Assembly: GCA_963798085.1 (NCBI GenBank) | Contig: CAWCRS010000001.1 | Coordinates: 192,001 to 256,000 of the forward strand | Direction of reading: 5' to 3' | DNA: 64,000 nucleotides | From: an uncultured Gemmatimonadales bacterium | Lineage (GTDB): Bacteria > Gemmatimonadota > Gemmatimonadetes > Longimicrobiales > RSA9 | Shown here: piece after piece, positions 39,308 to 50,690 of the stretch | Numbering within the stretch: the first letter of the stretch is position 1 | How the letters are laid out: the number at the start of each line of letters is the position of its first letter | Made by a program: the position numbers and the translations under genes | Notes under the pieces: model-generated | The model's input: only the letters and a program-made list of their open reading frames with translations | Told to the model about the DNA's origin: nothing | The model's database searches: none

Positions 39308-40792
39308 TCAGGCGGCGTCGATCCCAGCCCGTGCCCCGGCCCCAGCCGCCTTCAGTGCCCCCTGCATCTGTGACACCAGCCAGTCGGCTTCCTGCCGGTT
39401 GGAGACGCCAGTGCCCGCACGTACGCGGCGGCCGTTCGTGCGCAGCAGCACGATGTCGTACCAGGCGCGCGCGGATTGTGCGACAGTCTGCTGCTGCTGC
39501 ATGCCGATCACGAGGCCAATGTCCTTCACGTCGTCTGCCACGATCTGCTCGGTGCGTGTCGTGCCCAGCAGCCGGCGGCGGATCGTGATGCCAGCGCGCG
39601 TAACTTCGACTGTCGTCGAGCCGAACCATGCGCTGAGACTAACATACAGGAACAGAAAACCGAAGAAGCCGGATGGATACGCGAACAGTTTCGGCACGCC
39701 CAGCAGTGGCAGGCCGAAAGCCGCGGCCAGGAAGATCGCGGTCATGACGGTGAAGGACGAGGCCGCGCCGACATTGCGGGCCGGCCCGAAACAGAACTCC
39801 GTGCCGCCGCTCTCGCCGACGCCGACGCGAACGCTGGCGTCAGCGGGATCGAAGGCGGAGGCGTCGTCGTCGCCGACCATCCGATGCGCCGACGTGACGG
39901 CACGTCCGCCCACCGCCTGCGCGTGGGTGGTGCCCCCATTGCGCGGCACGCCGCGGAACACCGGCACCTCGAAGCGGCTCTGGTAATCCACACCCGGCAC
40001 CAATGCCTCGGCCTGCAGCCGCCAGTGCACGGAAGAACCCGTCGCGTCCGGCTCGCTGCTCGGCGCATCCGGCGGGATCGCGAAATTCACCGGAATGACC
40101 GCGCCCATCGTCTCGCGGCGCAGGTCATCTCCGTGCACGCGCTGCTCGTTCTGCCACAGCACGTTCTCGGTGGCGCTGTCGTCGTTGGTGCGGTTGTAGC
40201 GGCGCACGCACGTCAGCGTGAGCCGCACGCTCTCGGGCGGCGGGTCGAGTCGCGTGATGATGCTGCCGCGCAGCTCGCCGCCTGCCGGGGCCGGCAGCGT
40301 CTCCAGCTCGAATACCGAGTTACCGAAGCGGCGCCAGCGCAGGGTGGCGCGGATCGCCCACACGATCATGCCCGCGCCCACGAGCGGGAACACCAGCCCG
40401 ATGACGGCAGGCTTGTTGCCCTTGCGCAGCTCGTCGGGCAGCAGGAAGAGGATGGGGGACGAGACCGAGTTCCACAGGATGGCCAGGGCCCACGCGCCGG
40501 CCGTGGTGGCGCGCTCGGTGCTGCGGATGCGACGCTCGGCCCATCCGGGATCCCAGAACCACGGCTCGCGCGGATGCTCCGCCTTGAGCTGCGTCAACTG
40601 CTTTTCCCGCTTGCGGCCGAACCGGGCCAGCACGAGCAGGCCGCCGCCCGCCGTCGTGAACGCGACGCCCACCGCGAACGCCAGGGCCACGCGCTGCGGA
40701 TCGCGACCGTGCGCGAGTTCGTGCACGGCCCGCTCCAGCGACAAAAGGCCGAGGCCCAGAAACGGCAGCGCGAACAGCGTGAGGCAGCCCAT
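39308..40792 (-). CDS. Membrane protein (DUF3592-like, with an arrestin-like beta domain), hypothetical
   Basis: Several TM pairs flanking a beta-rich soluble domain (WRLQAEALVPGVDYQSRFEVPVF). Confidence 0.7.
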   Translation of the reverse strand: MGCLTLFALPFLGLGLLSLERAVHELAHGRDPQRVALAFAVGVAFTTAGGGLLVLARFGRKREKQLTQLKAEHPREPWFWDPGWAERRIRSTERATTAGAWALAILWNSVSSPILFLLPDELRKGNKPAVIGLVFPLVGAGMIVWAIRATLRWRRFGNSVFELETLPAPAGGELRGSIITRLDPPPESVRLTLTCVRRYNRTNDDSATENVLWQNEQRVHGDDLRRETMGAVIPVNFAIPPDAPSSEPDATGSSVHWRLQAEALVPGVDYQSRFEVPVFRGVPRNGGTTHAQAVGGRAVTSAHRMVGDDDASAFDPADASVRVGVGESGGTEFCFGPARNVGAASSFTVMTAIFLAAAFGLPLLGVPKLFAYPSGFFGFLFLYVSLSAWFGSTTVEVTRAGITIRRRLLGTTRTEQIVADDVKDIGLVIGMQQQQTVAQSARAWYDIVLLRTNGRRVRAGTGVSNRQEADWLVSQMQGALKAAGAGARAGIDAA

Positions 40793-40814
40793 CACTCTAA
40801 CGGGTTGTTAAGGA

Positions 40815-40872
40815 ACGGGGACGGTCGGGAGCGGGCCCGCTCGAGGTCGTGCCCTGCCCTTTCCGTCCCCGT
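40815..40872. repeat. Inverted repeat / hairpin
   Basis: ACGGGGACGG ... CCGTCCCCGT in an intergenic region. Confidence 0.5.
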
Positions 40873-40986
40873 GCACTCCTGCGTACAGCTCCCGTCGAGT
40901 GCTTCGGCACCTTCGCGGCGGTTCTTGAGCCCCGCCGCGCGGCCGGCCACCTGCGATCCGCCGGCCGCTGTCCTGCCTTCCTGTCT

Positions 40987-43701
40987 TCAGCGGTCCGGCT
41001 GGTTCTCCGTCACCTTCTTGGGCTCGGGTTTGGTCGGATTCTTCACGTACTTGTCCAGCCAGGCCGTCCACCTCGCCCACAGGTCGAGACGCGTCTCCAG
41101 CGCGGCCGGGCCGTGATCCTCATACGGGTAGAGGTACATCGACACGGTCTTGCCCAGCCCGTTCAGTGCCTGGAACAGACGAGGCGAGTTGATCGGGTCC
41201 GTGCCCACGTTCTGGTCGTGCAGGCCGTGATACATGAGCAATGCGCCCTGCAGGTTGGTGGCGTACAGCATGGGCGACATCGACAGGTACACATCCTTCG
41301 CCTGCCACAGATCGCGCCGCTCGTTCTGGAAACCGAGTGGCGTGAGTGTGCGATTGTAGTTGCCATCGCCGGCGATGCCCGCCCGGAAGAAAGGCGTGTG
41401 CACCATGGCGTTGACCGTCGAGAACGCGCCGTAGCTGTGACCGCCAATGCCAATGCGCGAGCGATCCACGAGACCGCGCTTGTCCAGCTCATCGATGGCC
41501 GCGGCCAGGTTGTTGCGCAGGTCGTTCTCGTAATTGTTGTTCATCTCGCCCGTGGCGCCGACAATCGGCGCATCCGGCTCGACTACCGCATAGCCCAGCC
41601 GGGCGAGGAACTGCAGCGACGCAATGTTGAAGCTCTGGAACGCGTTCTTGTTGAACGTGCGCGCGCCGCGATCGTACTCCTCCTGGCCCGCGTACTCGCG
41701 CGGATAGAACCAGAACATCGCGGGCGCCCGCTGTCCCTGCTGCCAGCCCACGGGCATCATCACATTGACGCGGAACTTGAAGCCATCCGGCCGCTCCACC
41801 GTGAACGCCTCGCGATGCGCATTGGTGAGATCGGCCGTGTAGTCCTTGTTCTGCGTGAGCTGCACATCGCGGCCGCCATCGTGCAGGAACTGCTGCGTCA
41901 CCTGCATGGGGCTTTCGCGCGAGAGCACCAGCTTCGATGCATCATTGTCGAGCACGGCCGACACGCTCTCCGAAACACCGTTGTTATTGCCCTCGAAGAC
42001 CCGTGTCTTCTGACCCGTGCGGATCGCGACCCTGTCGATGAACGAGCGGGGCGCCACCTGCAGCGGGTCCTTGTCGTACTGCATGCCCTGGTAGTAGACA
42101 CTCGAGCCGTCGCTCGAGAGCAGCACCGCGCCCGTACCCGCGCCGCCGCCGCGGCCGAACCCGCCAAAACCACCCCCACCGCCCACCGTGCCGGCCGCCG
42201 CCACGAGACTGCCCGGATTCGCGTAGATGTCGTCCGTGCGGTACTTCGCGAGCGTGTACTTGTGGCTGGTGTCGCTCAGGTAGAGTGCGGTTTCCGTCGT
42301 GGCAGGACCCTGCCGCTCGGTGAAGAAGAGCACGCTCATGTCGGGCGAGAAGCGATGCCCCTGCATGCGCGTGTCCTGCTCGTAGACGATCTTGAGACTG
42401 GCCGGCGAATTGTCGAACGGCGCCAGCCACTGCATCACGCGATCCTTGCGCCGCGGACCGTTCTGTCCCCCCTGCCCGCCGCGGCCGCCCGCCATGTCAT
42501 CGGACTGCGCCGTGTCCTGCTGTCCGGGTGGCAACGCCTCCTGCTCGAGGAACGTCAGGCCCTTGCCATCGGTGCGCCACGAGATCTCGCGACGCTGCAG
42601 GTTGGCGTCGCCACCCGGTCCGCCGGCGCCCGGCGCCGTAACCGGATTGTCAGCCTGCACGCCCAGGTTCAGCTCGCGCTTGTTCAGCTGCGCCAGCACC
42701 TTGCCCGACGCATCCCACACTTCCTCGACGGTGCCGAAGTTGGCGACCGGCACCACGTAGCTGTACGGCTTGACCATGCGTGTCACGCGCACGTACTGGC
42801 CATCAGGCGAGAAGTCGATGCTCGTGGCCATGGTGGGCGCGCCGAACTTCGTGACCACGCGACTGGTGACATCGACCAGCGCGATCTGGCCCGTGCCATC
42901 CCAGTCGAGCAGCGCCTGGTCGTACGGCGTAGCCATCAGGCTCGCGTAATTGCGCAGCCGGTTGCGATCGGATTCCTCCGCCACCTTAATGTGTGGACCC
43001 ATCGGCTGCGCCGGCTCGACCGGCATCGCCGGCCGGTTGTCCGGCACCAGTACCGTGGCAACACGCTTGCTGTCCGCGGTCCAATCAATGTCGGTCACCA
43101 GTGTTGCGAGCACCGAGGTGCGTGTCACCTGCCGCGACTTTCCCGTCGCCGCATCGGCTACCCATATGTGCGTGGCATCATCGCCCAGCACGAAGTACGC
43201 GATGCTCCTGCCGTCGGGAGACCACTTCGCATTCGACACACGCGCACCCGGCGGAATCTGGATCGCGCGCTTCGATCCGTCCTTCGCGGAAATGATCTCG
43301 ATCCCGACATTGCTGCGGATCGTGAGATTGCGATCGCGGTTGCCCTTGTAGTCGATGAACTCGCCACCGAGGTCGTGGAACGGCTTCGAGAACAGCGGCA
43401 TCTGCACCGGACCGTCGCTGATCTCGTGCAGGAACCACTGCCGGTCCGGACTCAGGTTGCCCAGGGACACGTTCAGATAACGCGGTGCCATCACCGCATC
43501 CAGGATTTCCTTCGGCGGCTTCGCGTAGGTCTCCTGCTGGATGATCTGCTCCGCCCATCCCGCGGCCTGCGTGCTGGCGCCGCCCGTGCTCTGCTGCGCC
43601 GACAGCACCACCGGCGAGACGAACAGTGTGAGGACCGCCGTGTGTGCGAGCGCGCGGCGGGTGACACGTCGCGCCACAGGGAACGCACGTGGACGAGTCA
43701 T
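40987..43701 (-). CDS. S9 family peptidase, secreted
   Basis: Motifs GGHSYGA, YNRTLTPLGFQNERR, DQNVGT and YEDHG. RBS GGAGG before MTRPRAF. Confidence 0.93.
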   Translation of the reverse strand: MTRPRAFPVARRVTRRALAHTAVLTLFVSPVVLSAQQSTGGASTQAAGWAEQIIQQETYAKPPKEILDAVMAPRYLNVSLGNLSPDRQWFLHEISDGPVQMPLFSKPFHDLGGEFIDYKGNRDRNLTIRSNVGIEIISAKDGSKRAIQIPPGARVSNAKWSPDGRSIAYFVLGDDATHIWVADAATGKSRQVTRTSVLATLVTDIDWTADSKRVATVLVPDNRPAMPVEPAQPMGPHIKVAEESDRNRLRNYASLMATPYDQALLDWDGTGQIALVDVTSRVVTKFGAPTMATSIDFSPDGQYVRVTRMVKPYSYVVPVANFGTVEEVWDASGKVLAQLNKRELNLGVQADNPVTAPGAGGPGGDANLQRREISWRTDGKGLTFLEQEALPPGQQDTAQSDDMAGGRGGQGGQNGPRRKDRVMQWLAPFDNSPASLKIVYEQDTRMQGHRFSPDMSVLFFTERQGPATTETALYLSDTSHKYTLAKYRTDDIYANPGSLVAAAGTVGGGGGFGGFGRGGGAGTGAVLLSSDGSSVYYQGMQYDKDPLQVAPRSFIDRVAIRTGQKTRVFEGNNNGVSESVSAVLDNDASKLVLSRESPMQVTQQFLHDGGRDVQLTQNKDYTADLTNAHREAFTVERPDGFKFRVNVMMPVGWQQGQRAPAMFWFYPREYAGQEEYDRGARTFNKNAFQSFNIASLQFLARLGYAVVEPDAPIVGATGEMNNNYENDLRNNLAAAIDELDKRGLVDRSRIGIGGHSYGAFSTVNAMVHTPFFRAGIAGDGNYNRTLTPLGFQNERRDLWQAKDVYLSMSPMLYATNLQGALLMYHGLHDQNVGTDPINSPRLFQALNGLGKTVSMYLYPYEDHGPAALETRLDLWARWTAWLDKYVKNPTKPEPKKVTENQPDR

Positions 43702-43841
43702 GTGGCCTCCGTTTGAAGCGAGCCGGCGGACGCGGCCAGGCTCGATGCGCGTGGGGGTGTTCAGTCCGGGCTTCCCAGCGGGGGCTGGGGTTGGCGAATA
43801 TGTGCAGGCCGCAGCCGCCCAGGCAAGCGGGCGACGCTTTC

Positions 43842-45326
43842 TCAGAACCGGCTGTGCAGCCAGAGCCCGACGAAGAGACCGTAGAAGAGCGCCGTCGCCA
43901 CCAGACCCGCACGCCGCCAGAAAGGCGGCCGCAGCGGCCGCGGCAGCAGGCGGGTGTTCACGTAGAGCAGGTGCAGGGAGGCGATGATCATCACGATCCC
44001 CGCCATGTTGGCGCCCAGCTGCAGCAGCACGATGGGCTGTGCCAGCCGCATGGCGATGATGCCCCACATCACGATCAGCGCCAGAACACCGTAGTAGACG
44101 ACGCGCACATCACCGCCCCGCCACGCGCGGATGCGACGGCTGCCCGTCCACAGGATGTCGGTGATGGCGCGGCTCATCCCGTCCATCACATCGAGCTGCG
44201 TCTTGAACAGGATCCACGCGCCCATGAACGCGACAATGAAGCCGAGCAGCGGACCCGCTTGCGCGGCGACAGCCTGCGGCAGCGCGGCCGCGGTGCCCAG
44301 GCCGCGAATGTCCTGGCCATTGGGCAGGAAGGAGACATAGAGCAGCGCCGGCAGAAGCATCCCGAGCAGTGCGCCGATGAAGAAGATGCACCACTGATCC
44401 ACGCGCACGATGCGCCACCAGCCTCGCCAGTGCCGCATCGATTCCGCATCCGGTGTGAAGGTGAAACCGCCGTGCGCGAGATTCACCTTCTTGCCCCCCA
44501 CCGCCGCGGGGATGTAGCCCGCGACCTGGCCCATGCCGTAGCCCTTGTCGCGTGCCCAGTTGGCGAGCGTGAGGTTGGAAGTGCCGCCCGCACCGGAGTA
44601 CGCTGCGAACGCGCCGATCAGCATGAAGTCCGCGCCCTGCGGCAGCAGATTGAAGGCGTGCGTCGTCGTATCGAATCCGACGAACCCGGCAATACCCGCG
44701 GCCCATGTGTGCGGCGCGACGAACGCAACGCAGAACAGCGTGAGTCCGCCCAGGATGCCGATGATGAGGATCCAGTTGAGCACCTCGAGCGTGCGCTCAA
44801 TGCGCCGGCCGATCAGCAGCACGCTGACGCAGGCGAGGAAGGCGACGACGCCGATCAGGTACACGACGTTTCGATCCGCCGCTGCCGGCAGCCGCTGCGT
44901 GAACAGGAAGAAGAACGCGCCCGCGGATGTAGCTGCCCATGCCGGCCAGCCCGTCTGCAGGAAGTAGAGCAGCGCGTAGAACCAGGCCCAGAAGGTCGAG
45001 TTCGGGCGCGTGCGCATGAAGCCCGTGAAGGCGGGCTCGCCGGTGGCCAGCACATAACGCACGAGTTCGGTGTTGAGGATGGTCTGCAGGAATACCGCGA
45101 TGCCTGTGACCCACAGCAGCGCGAGCCCGTACTTCACGAAGGCGGTGGGCCCCAGCAGGTACTCGCCGCTGCCGATCGAGAGACCTAGTACGATCACACC
45201 CGGCCCGGCCACGCTGATCCAGCCCAGGCCTCTGGGCGAGGGCGGCACGGGCAGCTCCGACTGCGTCCAGGGCGGCAGCCCGGACCTTGCCTCCGGCGCG
45301 ACCTGCGCGTGGTCACCCGCCGGCAT
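43842..45326 (-). CDS. Nramp-like family transporter
   Basis: GPGVIVLGLSIGSGE, ~11 TM helices and NWARDKGYGMG. Confidence 0.8.
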   Translation of the reverse strand: MPAGDHAQVAPEARSGLPPWTQSELPVPPSPRGLGWISVAGPGVIVLGLSIGSGEYLLGPTAFVKYGLALLWVTGIAVFLQTILNTELVRYVLATGEPAFTGFMRTRPNSTFWAWFYALLYFLQTGWPAWAATSAGAFFFLFTQRLPAAADRNVVYLIGVVAFLACVSVLLIGRRIERTLEVLNWILIIGILGGLTLFCVAFVAPHTWAAGIAGFVGFDTTTHAFNLLPQGADFMLIGAFAAYSGAGGTSNLTLANWARDKGYGMGQVAGYIPAAVGGKKVNLAHGGFTFTPDAESMRHWRGWWRIVRVDQWCIFFIGALLGMLLPALLYVSFLPNGQDIRGLGTAAALPQAVAAQAGPLLGFIVAFMGAWILFKTQLDVMDGMSRAITDILWTGSRRIRAWRGGDVRVVYYGVLALIVMWGIIAMRLAQPIVLLQLGANMAGIVMIIASLHLLYVNTRLLPRPLRPPFWRRAGLVATALFYGLFVGLWLHSRF

Positions 45327-45833
45327 CGTCGCTTCGGTTCTCGCGCTCACCCACGCCTCCCGTCGCAGGACCCGCGCACCACTGCCGCGCGCACCGGCTC
45401 TGGAGCTAACCCCCTGCCGTGATGCGAGCAAGTCGGCGACGCCCGCTGGTGCACACTAACGCGGCATTGGCGCGGATCCAGCCGCGTCACTGCAATGACC
45501 GGATGATTTCTCGGAATACACGTTCGACCGGCGCACCCCGGGCGGGTCTTCGATCCGGCCGACCGGGTCGGCCTCGTTGCGGCCGCGGGACTCGAGTCAC
45601 GGATCGCCGATCCGCGTGCAGCGGCGACTTCGAGCGGGACTGTTCCTGAGGTGCTCATCATGCAGCCGAACGCATGCGTCACCCACCGCCAGGGCGGCGA
45701 GAATCGTCACACACTCCAGGCCGTCGGGAGAGCCTGAGCCGTCGAGCCTGTACCACCGCTCGCTGGCTCTCGCCCGCCGTGGTATGATTGGGCACGTGCA
45801 AGCCGGCGTACGCCCTCAACGGCGAGGGTAGTC

Positions 45834-47180
45834 ATGGCGCGTTCAGTACTGGTTCCCGTTCTTGCGACGGCTCTGGCCGCCGCCGGTTGCGGCGCGGTGG
45901 CAGGGATCCTGGGCGCACCGAAAATCGTGTCGGTCACGGTCATCGCGCCCGCCGGCCTTCTCCTGGGTGACTCCGCACAGGCGACCTTCGACGCCCAGGG
46001 CGATGACGGCAAGACTCATAATGGACGACCCGTCACCTGGAGGAGCAGCGACCCTTCTGCGCTTCCCATAGACGACCACGGCAAGATGGTCGCCCGTATC
46101 GCCGGACGGACGGTGACGATCTCGGCCGAGGTCAATGGCACGACGGGAACGGCTACCGTTGGCGTGGCCAGCGACGACAGTCGCTTCGCGTATGCCCTTG
46201 CCGACCAGCCGACCGCCGCGAGCCCGTATGTGCCCGATCCTGCCAACCGGTACAACTCGAGCGGCGGCACCATCGAGATCACACGGACTGCCGTCGGCCT
46301 GTACTCGGTGCGCTTCGCGGGGCTGGGTCGGACACCCGGCCAGCGCGACAACGTCCAGGTCAGCGGCTACTCCGCGACATCGCCCACGTTCTGCAAACCG
46401 GACCTCTGGGATGCCAGTGGTCTGGATCTGCGTGTCGCCGTGGCTTGCTTTTCTCCCAATGGCACGCCCATCGACAGCCGCTTCACCATCCTGGCGACGG
46501 GCGCATGGGCGTTCGGCCAGACGGCGCCCCTCGCCTTCGCCGTTGTCATGCCGGACAGCGGCACGTTCGTGCTGGACAGCGCCGCCACAACCCGGAACTC
46601 GACCGGGGGCAACGTCCTCGAGGGTCGCGTCGCGGAGGGACAGTACGCGATGGACTTGAAGGGACTCGAGGCCGCGTGGGTCGCAGCACCGGCGGCAATC
46701 CAGGTTACTGCCATGGGAACGGGGCCCAGGCGTTGCCGGCTCATCGCCTACGATCGACCGAACGCTGGCCTCGGACTGAACTGTTCCAAGCTGGGCGGCG
46801 GCCCGGGCGACGCGCCGTTCAGCATGCTCTGGCTGCAGCACGGACGGCCTTCCATGCGCTTCGGTTTCGCCTACGCCCATCTTCCAAACACGACGACGGA
46901 CTACAACACCGACCCCACGTTTCTGATCAACTCCTCGGGGGGTTCCGTCAAGTCGCGCAAGACGGCGACCGGACAGTATCACATCGTGTTCGCGGGCCTC
47001 GGCCGACCGCCGGGTGCAACCGAGACGGTCCTGGTATCCCCTTTCATCACTACGGATCGCGTCTGCGATATTACGGCGTGGGGCAACACCGGCGTGAGCG
47101 ACCTGTTCGTCAATGTCTCCTGCGTCAACCCCTCGGGTGCAGCGACCGACACTCCCGTCAGCGTAATGGTGGTCCAGTGA
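45834..47180 (+). CDS. Lipoprotein with Ig-like (Big_2) domain and three Cys-paired beta repeats
   Basis: Lipobox AAGC, VTWRSSDP, and repeats FAYA..NSSGG..G.Y...F.GL. Confidence 0.75.
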   Translation: MARSVLVPVLATALAAAGCGAVAGILGAPKIVSVTVIAPAGLLLGDSAQATFDAQGDDGKTHNGRPVTWRSSDPSALPIDDHGKMVARIAGRTVTISAEVNGTTGTATVGVASDDSRFAYALADQPTAASPYVPDPANRYNSSGGTIEITRTAVGLYSVRFAGLGRTPGQRDNVQVSGYSATSPTFCKPDLWDASGLDLRVAVACFSPNGTPIDSRFTILATGAWAFGQTAPLAFAVVMPDSGTFVLDSAATTRNSTGGNVLEGRVAEGQYAMDLKGLEAAWVAAPAAIQVTAMGTGPRRCRLIAYDRPNAGLGLNCSKLGGGPGDAPFSMLWLQHGRPSMRFGFAYAHLPNTTTDYNTDPTFLINSSGGSVKSRKTATGQYHIVFAGLGRPPGATETVLVSPFITTDRVCDITAWGNTGVSDLFVNVSCVNPSGAATDTPVSVMVVQ

Positions 47181-47439
47181 CCGGCGAAGGCGCGGGCCGC
47201 GATCTGGCCGAGGCGCGCGGGAGCGGATGGCCGTGCAGGCAGGGTGAAACACGCGGTTAGTACGAGGGAAGTGGACGACTCGGGAAGTCCCTCAGACGCC
47301 ATCGTCTTCTCGAAAACATCACGAAGCAGGCGACAATGGGGCTTCCGGTCGCTCTCCGTTCCGTGATATGCACGGGATGATCGCGGTGTGTGACCGGGCA
47401 GCCTGCAGCATCCCGCCGCGGTGAGCCGCAGCGCCGATC

Positions 47440-48547
47440 TCAGCGTCCGCTTCCGGCGAGCGGCAGCTTCGCGTCGATCAGGTGCAGGCCAATGTCGTCG
47501 ACACTGGCGTTCGCGCTGGAGAGCACGACCACGCCAATGCGCGTCGCCGGGTCGAACCCGGTGAACGAGCGATAGCCGCCAGTCCCGCCGTTGTGCCACA
47601 GGACCTCGTGATCACCCACGCGCAGCACGTGCCAGTTCATCGCCACCGACAGGTTGGGATTCCCGGTCGGCTCGCGGTCCTGGTGTGTGCGTGCCATGGC
47701 CCGGCCCAGCACGGTTGTCGTGTCCGGCGTGATGCTGGCCACAATGAATGCGAGCATGTCCGTCGCGTTCGAGCGCAGCGCGCCCGCACCCGCGAGTGTC
47801 GGCAGAATGCCAGCTCGGCACCTCGCGCCCGCTCGCGTCGTGCCCGACGGCAAGCCGCGCGCCGGCGGCGGGTGTCATTGTGATGATCGTGTGTGTGAGG
47901 CCCAGCGGCTCGAGCACACGCTGCTTCAGCACCGCCTCGTAGCTCATGTTCGCGCGCAGCGCCAGCACGTGTCCGAGCAGTCCGACGGCCAGATTCGAGT
48001 ACTCGTACTGCGCCCCAGGCGCGCGCGTCAGCGTGTAGCCCGACAGAAACGCGTACAGCTGAGCCACCGTGTAGTCCGCGTATGGATCCGTGGGGTCCTT
48101 CGGCTGCAGGTTGTTCGGGAGTCGAGGGAGCCCCGAGTTCTGGTGCGAGATATCGAGCAGTGTGATCGGGTGGTCGTCATACACGGGCATGTGCACGCTG
48201 GCCGGCAGGTACTTTGACACCGGATCCCCCAGCGCCACCTCACCCCGCAGCGCCATGTCCGCCAGCAGCGTGGCGGTGAACACCTTCGTGATCGAACCGA
48301 TCTCGAACAGCGACGTGCTGTCCGCCGCGACCCCACCCGCTCGCAGCGGTCCGATCGCGACAAAGGAGCGCGATCCCGCCCCATCGACCCGCCCCACGAC
48401 GATCGCCGCGTGCGTGGGCGCGGCCCGCTCACGCAGCACCCGCAGCAGCGCACTGTCCGGCATTTGCGCGTGCACGGCGGCGGGCAGCAGGCTGAGCCAC
48501 GTGCATGCGAGAGTGTGGCGTAATATCGCCCCGGACCGTCTTGGCAT
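47440..48547 (-). CDS. Serine hydrolase, beta-lactamase family; frameshift at ~47807
   Basis: Motifs FEIGSITK, YSNLAVGLLG and WHNGGTGG. Removing one base restores SWHLPTLAGAGALRS. Confidence 0.88.
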
Positions 48548-48731
48548 TCGTGGCGTCTGATACATACCTGCCGAGCTCCTGGCTCCTCCGCTCATGTCAC
48601 AAGCGTTCCTGTCCACGTTCATGCCTCTTTTTCCTATTCCCTGCATCCCCGATCCGCATGGCGGCATCCCGGATTGTTACATGCCATGTCAATTCCGGCC
48701 ATAACCCAAGAACGCCAAGGGGGTCCGAGAG

Positions 48732-50531
48732 TCAGCGGCCCACCAGCACCACCGCCTCCAGCAGCGTCAGCTCCACACCGCCAGCCTCCGTCTTGCGACC
48801 GGTGATGCTCGTGAGCAGCAGCCGCACCCGCACCCCCGCGCTGTCCAAACTCAGCGTTAGGGGCGCCATCCCGTGACTGCCCGGCTGCGGCGTCGCCCGG
48901 GTCGCCTCCTCCAGCGCCGGCAGCACCCACGACATTGCCACGCTCATGACCGGCTGCCCGCCGCGCGTCACATGCAGTAGCGGCGGCGAGGTGTCGTACG
49001 TGAACGAGAGCGAGTCCCCGCCCAGCGGCAGGCTGAAGGGCCGCGCCAGGCTGGTGCGCAGCAGCACGTCGTAACCGGCCACATCGAGGGGCTCGCCGGA
49101 CGGGTCCGAGTAGAACGTCAGGTACTCGGACGGCTGCGCCTGCCAGCGCGTCACGTAGGCCACGCCCATGCGGTCCAGCACGGCGCGCTCGATGGGGTCC
49201 TCCAGGCCCTTCTCCGGTTCCGGCGGTCCCTGCGCCGCGGCCGCACGCAGTTCGGGCGAGGCCAGCGCCAGTGCCGCCTGCCCGTGCGTGCGCGTCAGGT
49301 AGCGCACGGTGCCGCTGATCTCGCGCCGGTCCTCCCAGGGTACGTCCCTCGTCGCCCGTACCACCTGCTCGTTCACCAACAGGCCATTGCGCATCATGAT
49401 GGCGCGCAGCCGGGTCGCCTGACTGGTGGCCGACACGTGGTACGCGGACCACGGACCCGCCATTGTCAGCAGCGCCACCAGGCACAGCGTCACGGGGATG
49501 ATGCGGATGTTGCGCGACCCTCTCGCACCGTAGTACAGCGCGATCAGCGCCAGCCACACCGCCAGCACGCACAGGAAGTAGCGGCGCTCGGTGAAGCCGT
49601 ACTGGTTGATGCGCTGCCCGATGGCCATGAGCAGCATGGCCACGGATGGCAGCAGCGCCACGTAGAACCAGCGGCCGTACACATCCACCCAGCGGTTGTC
49701 CGCACGCTCGCGCAACGGGTGCACCAGCAGCAGCGCCAGTGTCCCTGCCGCGGCCACACCGGACACGAGGTAGCCGATCCAGCCGCTGGGCCACGTGTGC
49801 GTCACGATCACGCGCACCAGGTACGCGGTGAGAATCAGCAGATAGACACTCACCACCGGAATCAGGATGAACTGCGCGAAGATCTTGAGGCCGCCCGGGT
49901 AGTCGCTGCGCTGCTCCAGCGCGGCCAGGTCCGCGGGCATGCCGCCCAGGAAGAACCACGGATGGAAGATGAACGCCAGCAGTACCCACAGCCATTCGTA
50001 CGCCCGGTCGCGCACGTGCACGCCGAACAGATGGTCGAGCGCCAGCAGCGCCAGCGCCAGCGCGGCGAACAGCACCACGGTATAGAGCGCGGCGAGCAGA
50101 TAGCGCAGGAATAACACGCGGTTGTACTGCCAGAAGCCCTGCAGCGTGGTGTTGCCGCCGAACGGCAGTACCGCAACCATGAGGTGCAGCGCTACACCCA
50201 GTTGCACGTAGTGCGTCCAGAGCAGCGTGTCGGACCAGCTCCCCGCCGCGAACCGGAACAGCAGCAGCACGCCCACGCCACCCGCCGCCGTGCCCAGCCG
50301 CAGGCGGGTATTCCAGCCTCGCCGCTCCGCGAGTGCCTCCAGTGCCGTGAAGAGCGGCAGACCCAGGGTCGCGGAGAGCAGCATGCGCAGCAGCACGCTG
50401 TCGGTGCCCGGCGACTGGATCATCGCCAGCGCGATCAGCGCGCAGAGCACCGCGGACAGCAGCGCGAACGGGAACCGCACCAGTGCGAGCCTCGCCTGCT
50501 GCGCCGCCTGCTCGACCGATAACAACCGCAT
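48732..50531 (-). CDS. DUF4153 domain membrane protein
   Basis: Motifs FWQYNRVLF, LILTAYLVRV, RINQYGFTERRY and GPWSAYHVSATSQ. Confidence 0.85.
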   Translation of the reverse strand: MRLLSVEQAAQQARLALVRFPFALLSAVLCALIALAMIQSPGTDSVLLRMLLSATLGLPLFTALEALAERRGWNTRLRLGTAAGGVGVLLLFRFAAGSWSDTLLWTHYVQLGVALHLMVAVLPFGGNTTLQGFWQYNRVLFLRYLLAALYTVVLFAALALALLALDHLFGVHVRDRAYEWLWVLLAFIFHPWFFLGGMPADLAALEQRSDYPGGLKIFAQFILIPVVSVYLLILTAYLVRVIVTHTWPSGWIGYLVSGVAAAGTLALLLVHPLRERADNRWVDVYGRWFYVALLPSVAMLLMAIGQRINQYGFTERRYFLCVLAVWLALIALYYGARGSRNIRIIPVTLCLVALLTMAGPWSAYHVSATSQATRLRAIMMRNGLLVNEQVVRATRDVPWEDRREISGTVRYLTRTHGQAALALASPELRAAAAQGPPEPEKGLEDPIERAVLDRMGVAYVTRWQAQPSEYLTFYSDPSGEPLDVAGYDVLLRTSLARPFSLPLGGDSLSFTYDTSPPLLHVTRGGQPVMSVAMSWVLPALEEATRATPQPGSHGMAPLTLSLDSAGVRVRLLLTSITGRKTEAGGVELTLLEAVVLVGR

Positions 50532-50690
50532 GTTACCACCCGCGTTTGCCGGTGACCGCGCCGTGCCCTCGTGCCAAGGTGGACGCGAGCCGCCGTGGCT
50601 GGCAAGCCTCCGGTGGGGTATGGTACCCAAACGCATGCGCCCGCGCTCGCCAGTCCGGCGCGGCGCGTGAACTCTGCAGCCGCGCAGGAA

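Noticed and set aside
42140..42200. Gly-rich low-complexity stretch
   Set aside because: An in-frame flexible loop of the S9 peptidase, not a separate element.
45450..47265. attC-like GTTAG/CTAAC ends (also ~3330, ~16958, ~40795)
   Set aside because: No complete paired R/L boxes and no integrase; compatible with chance.
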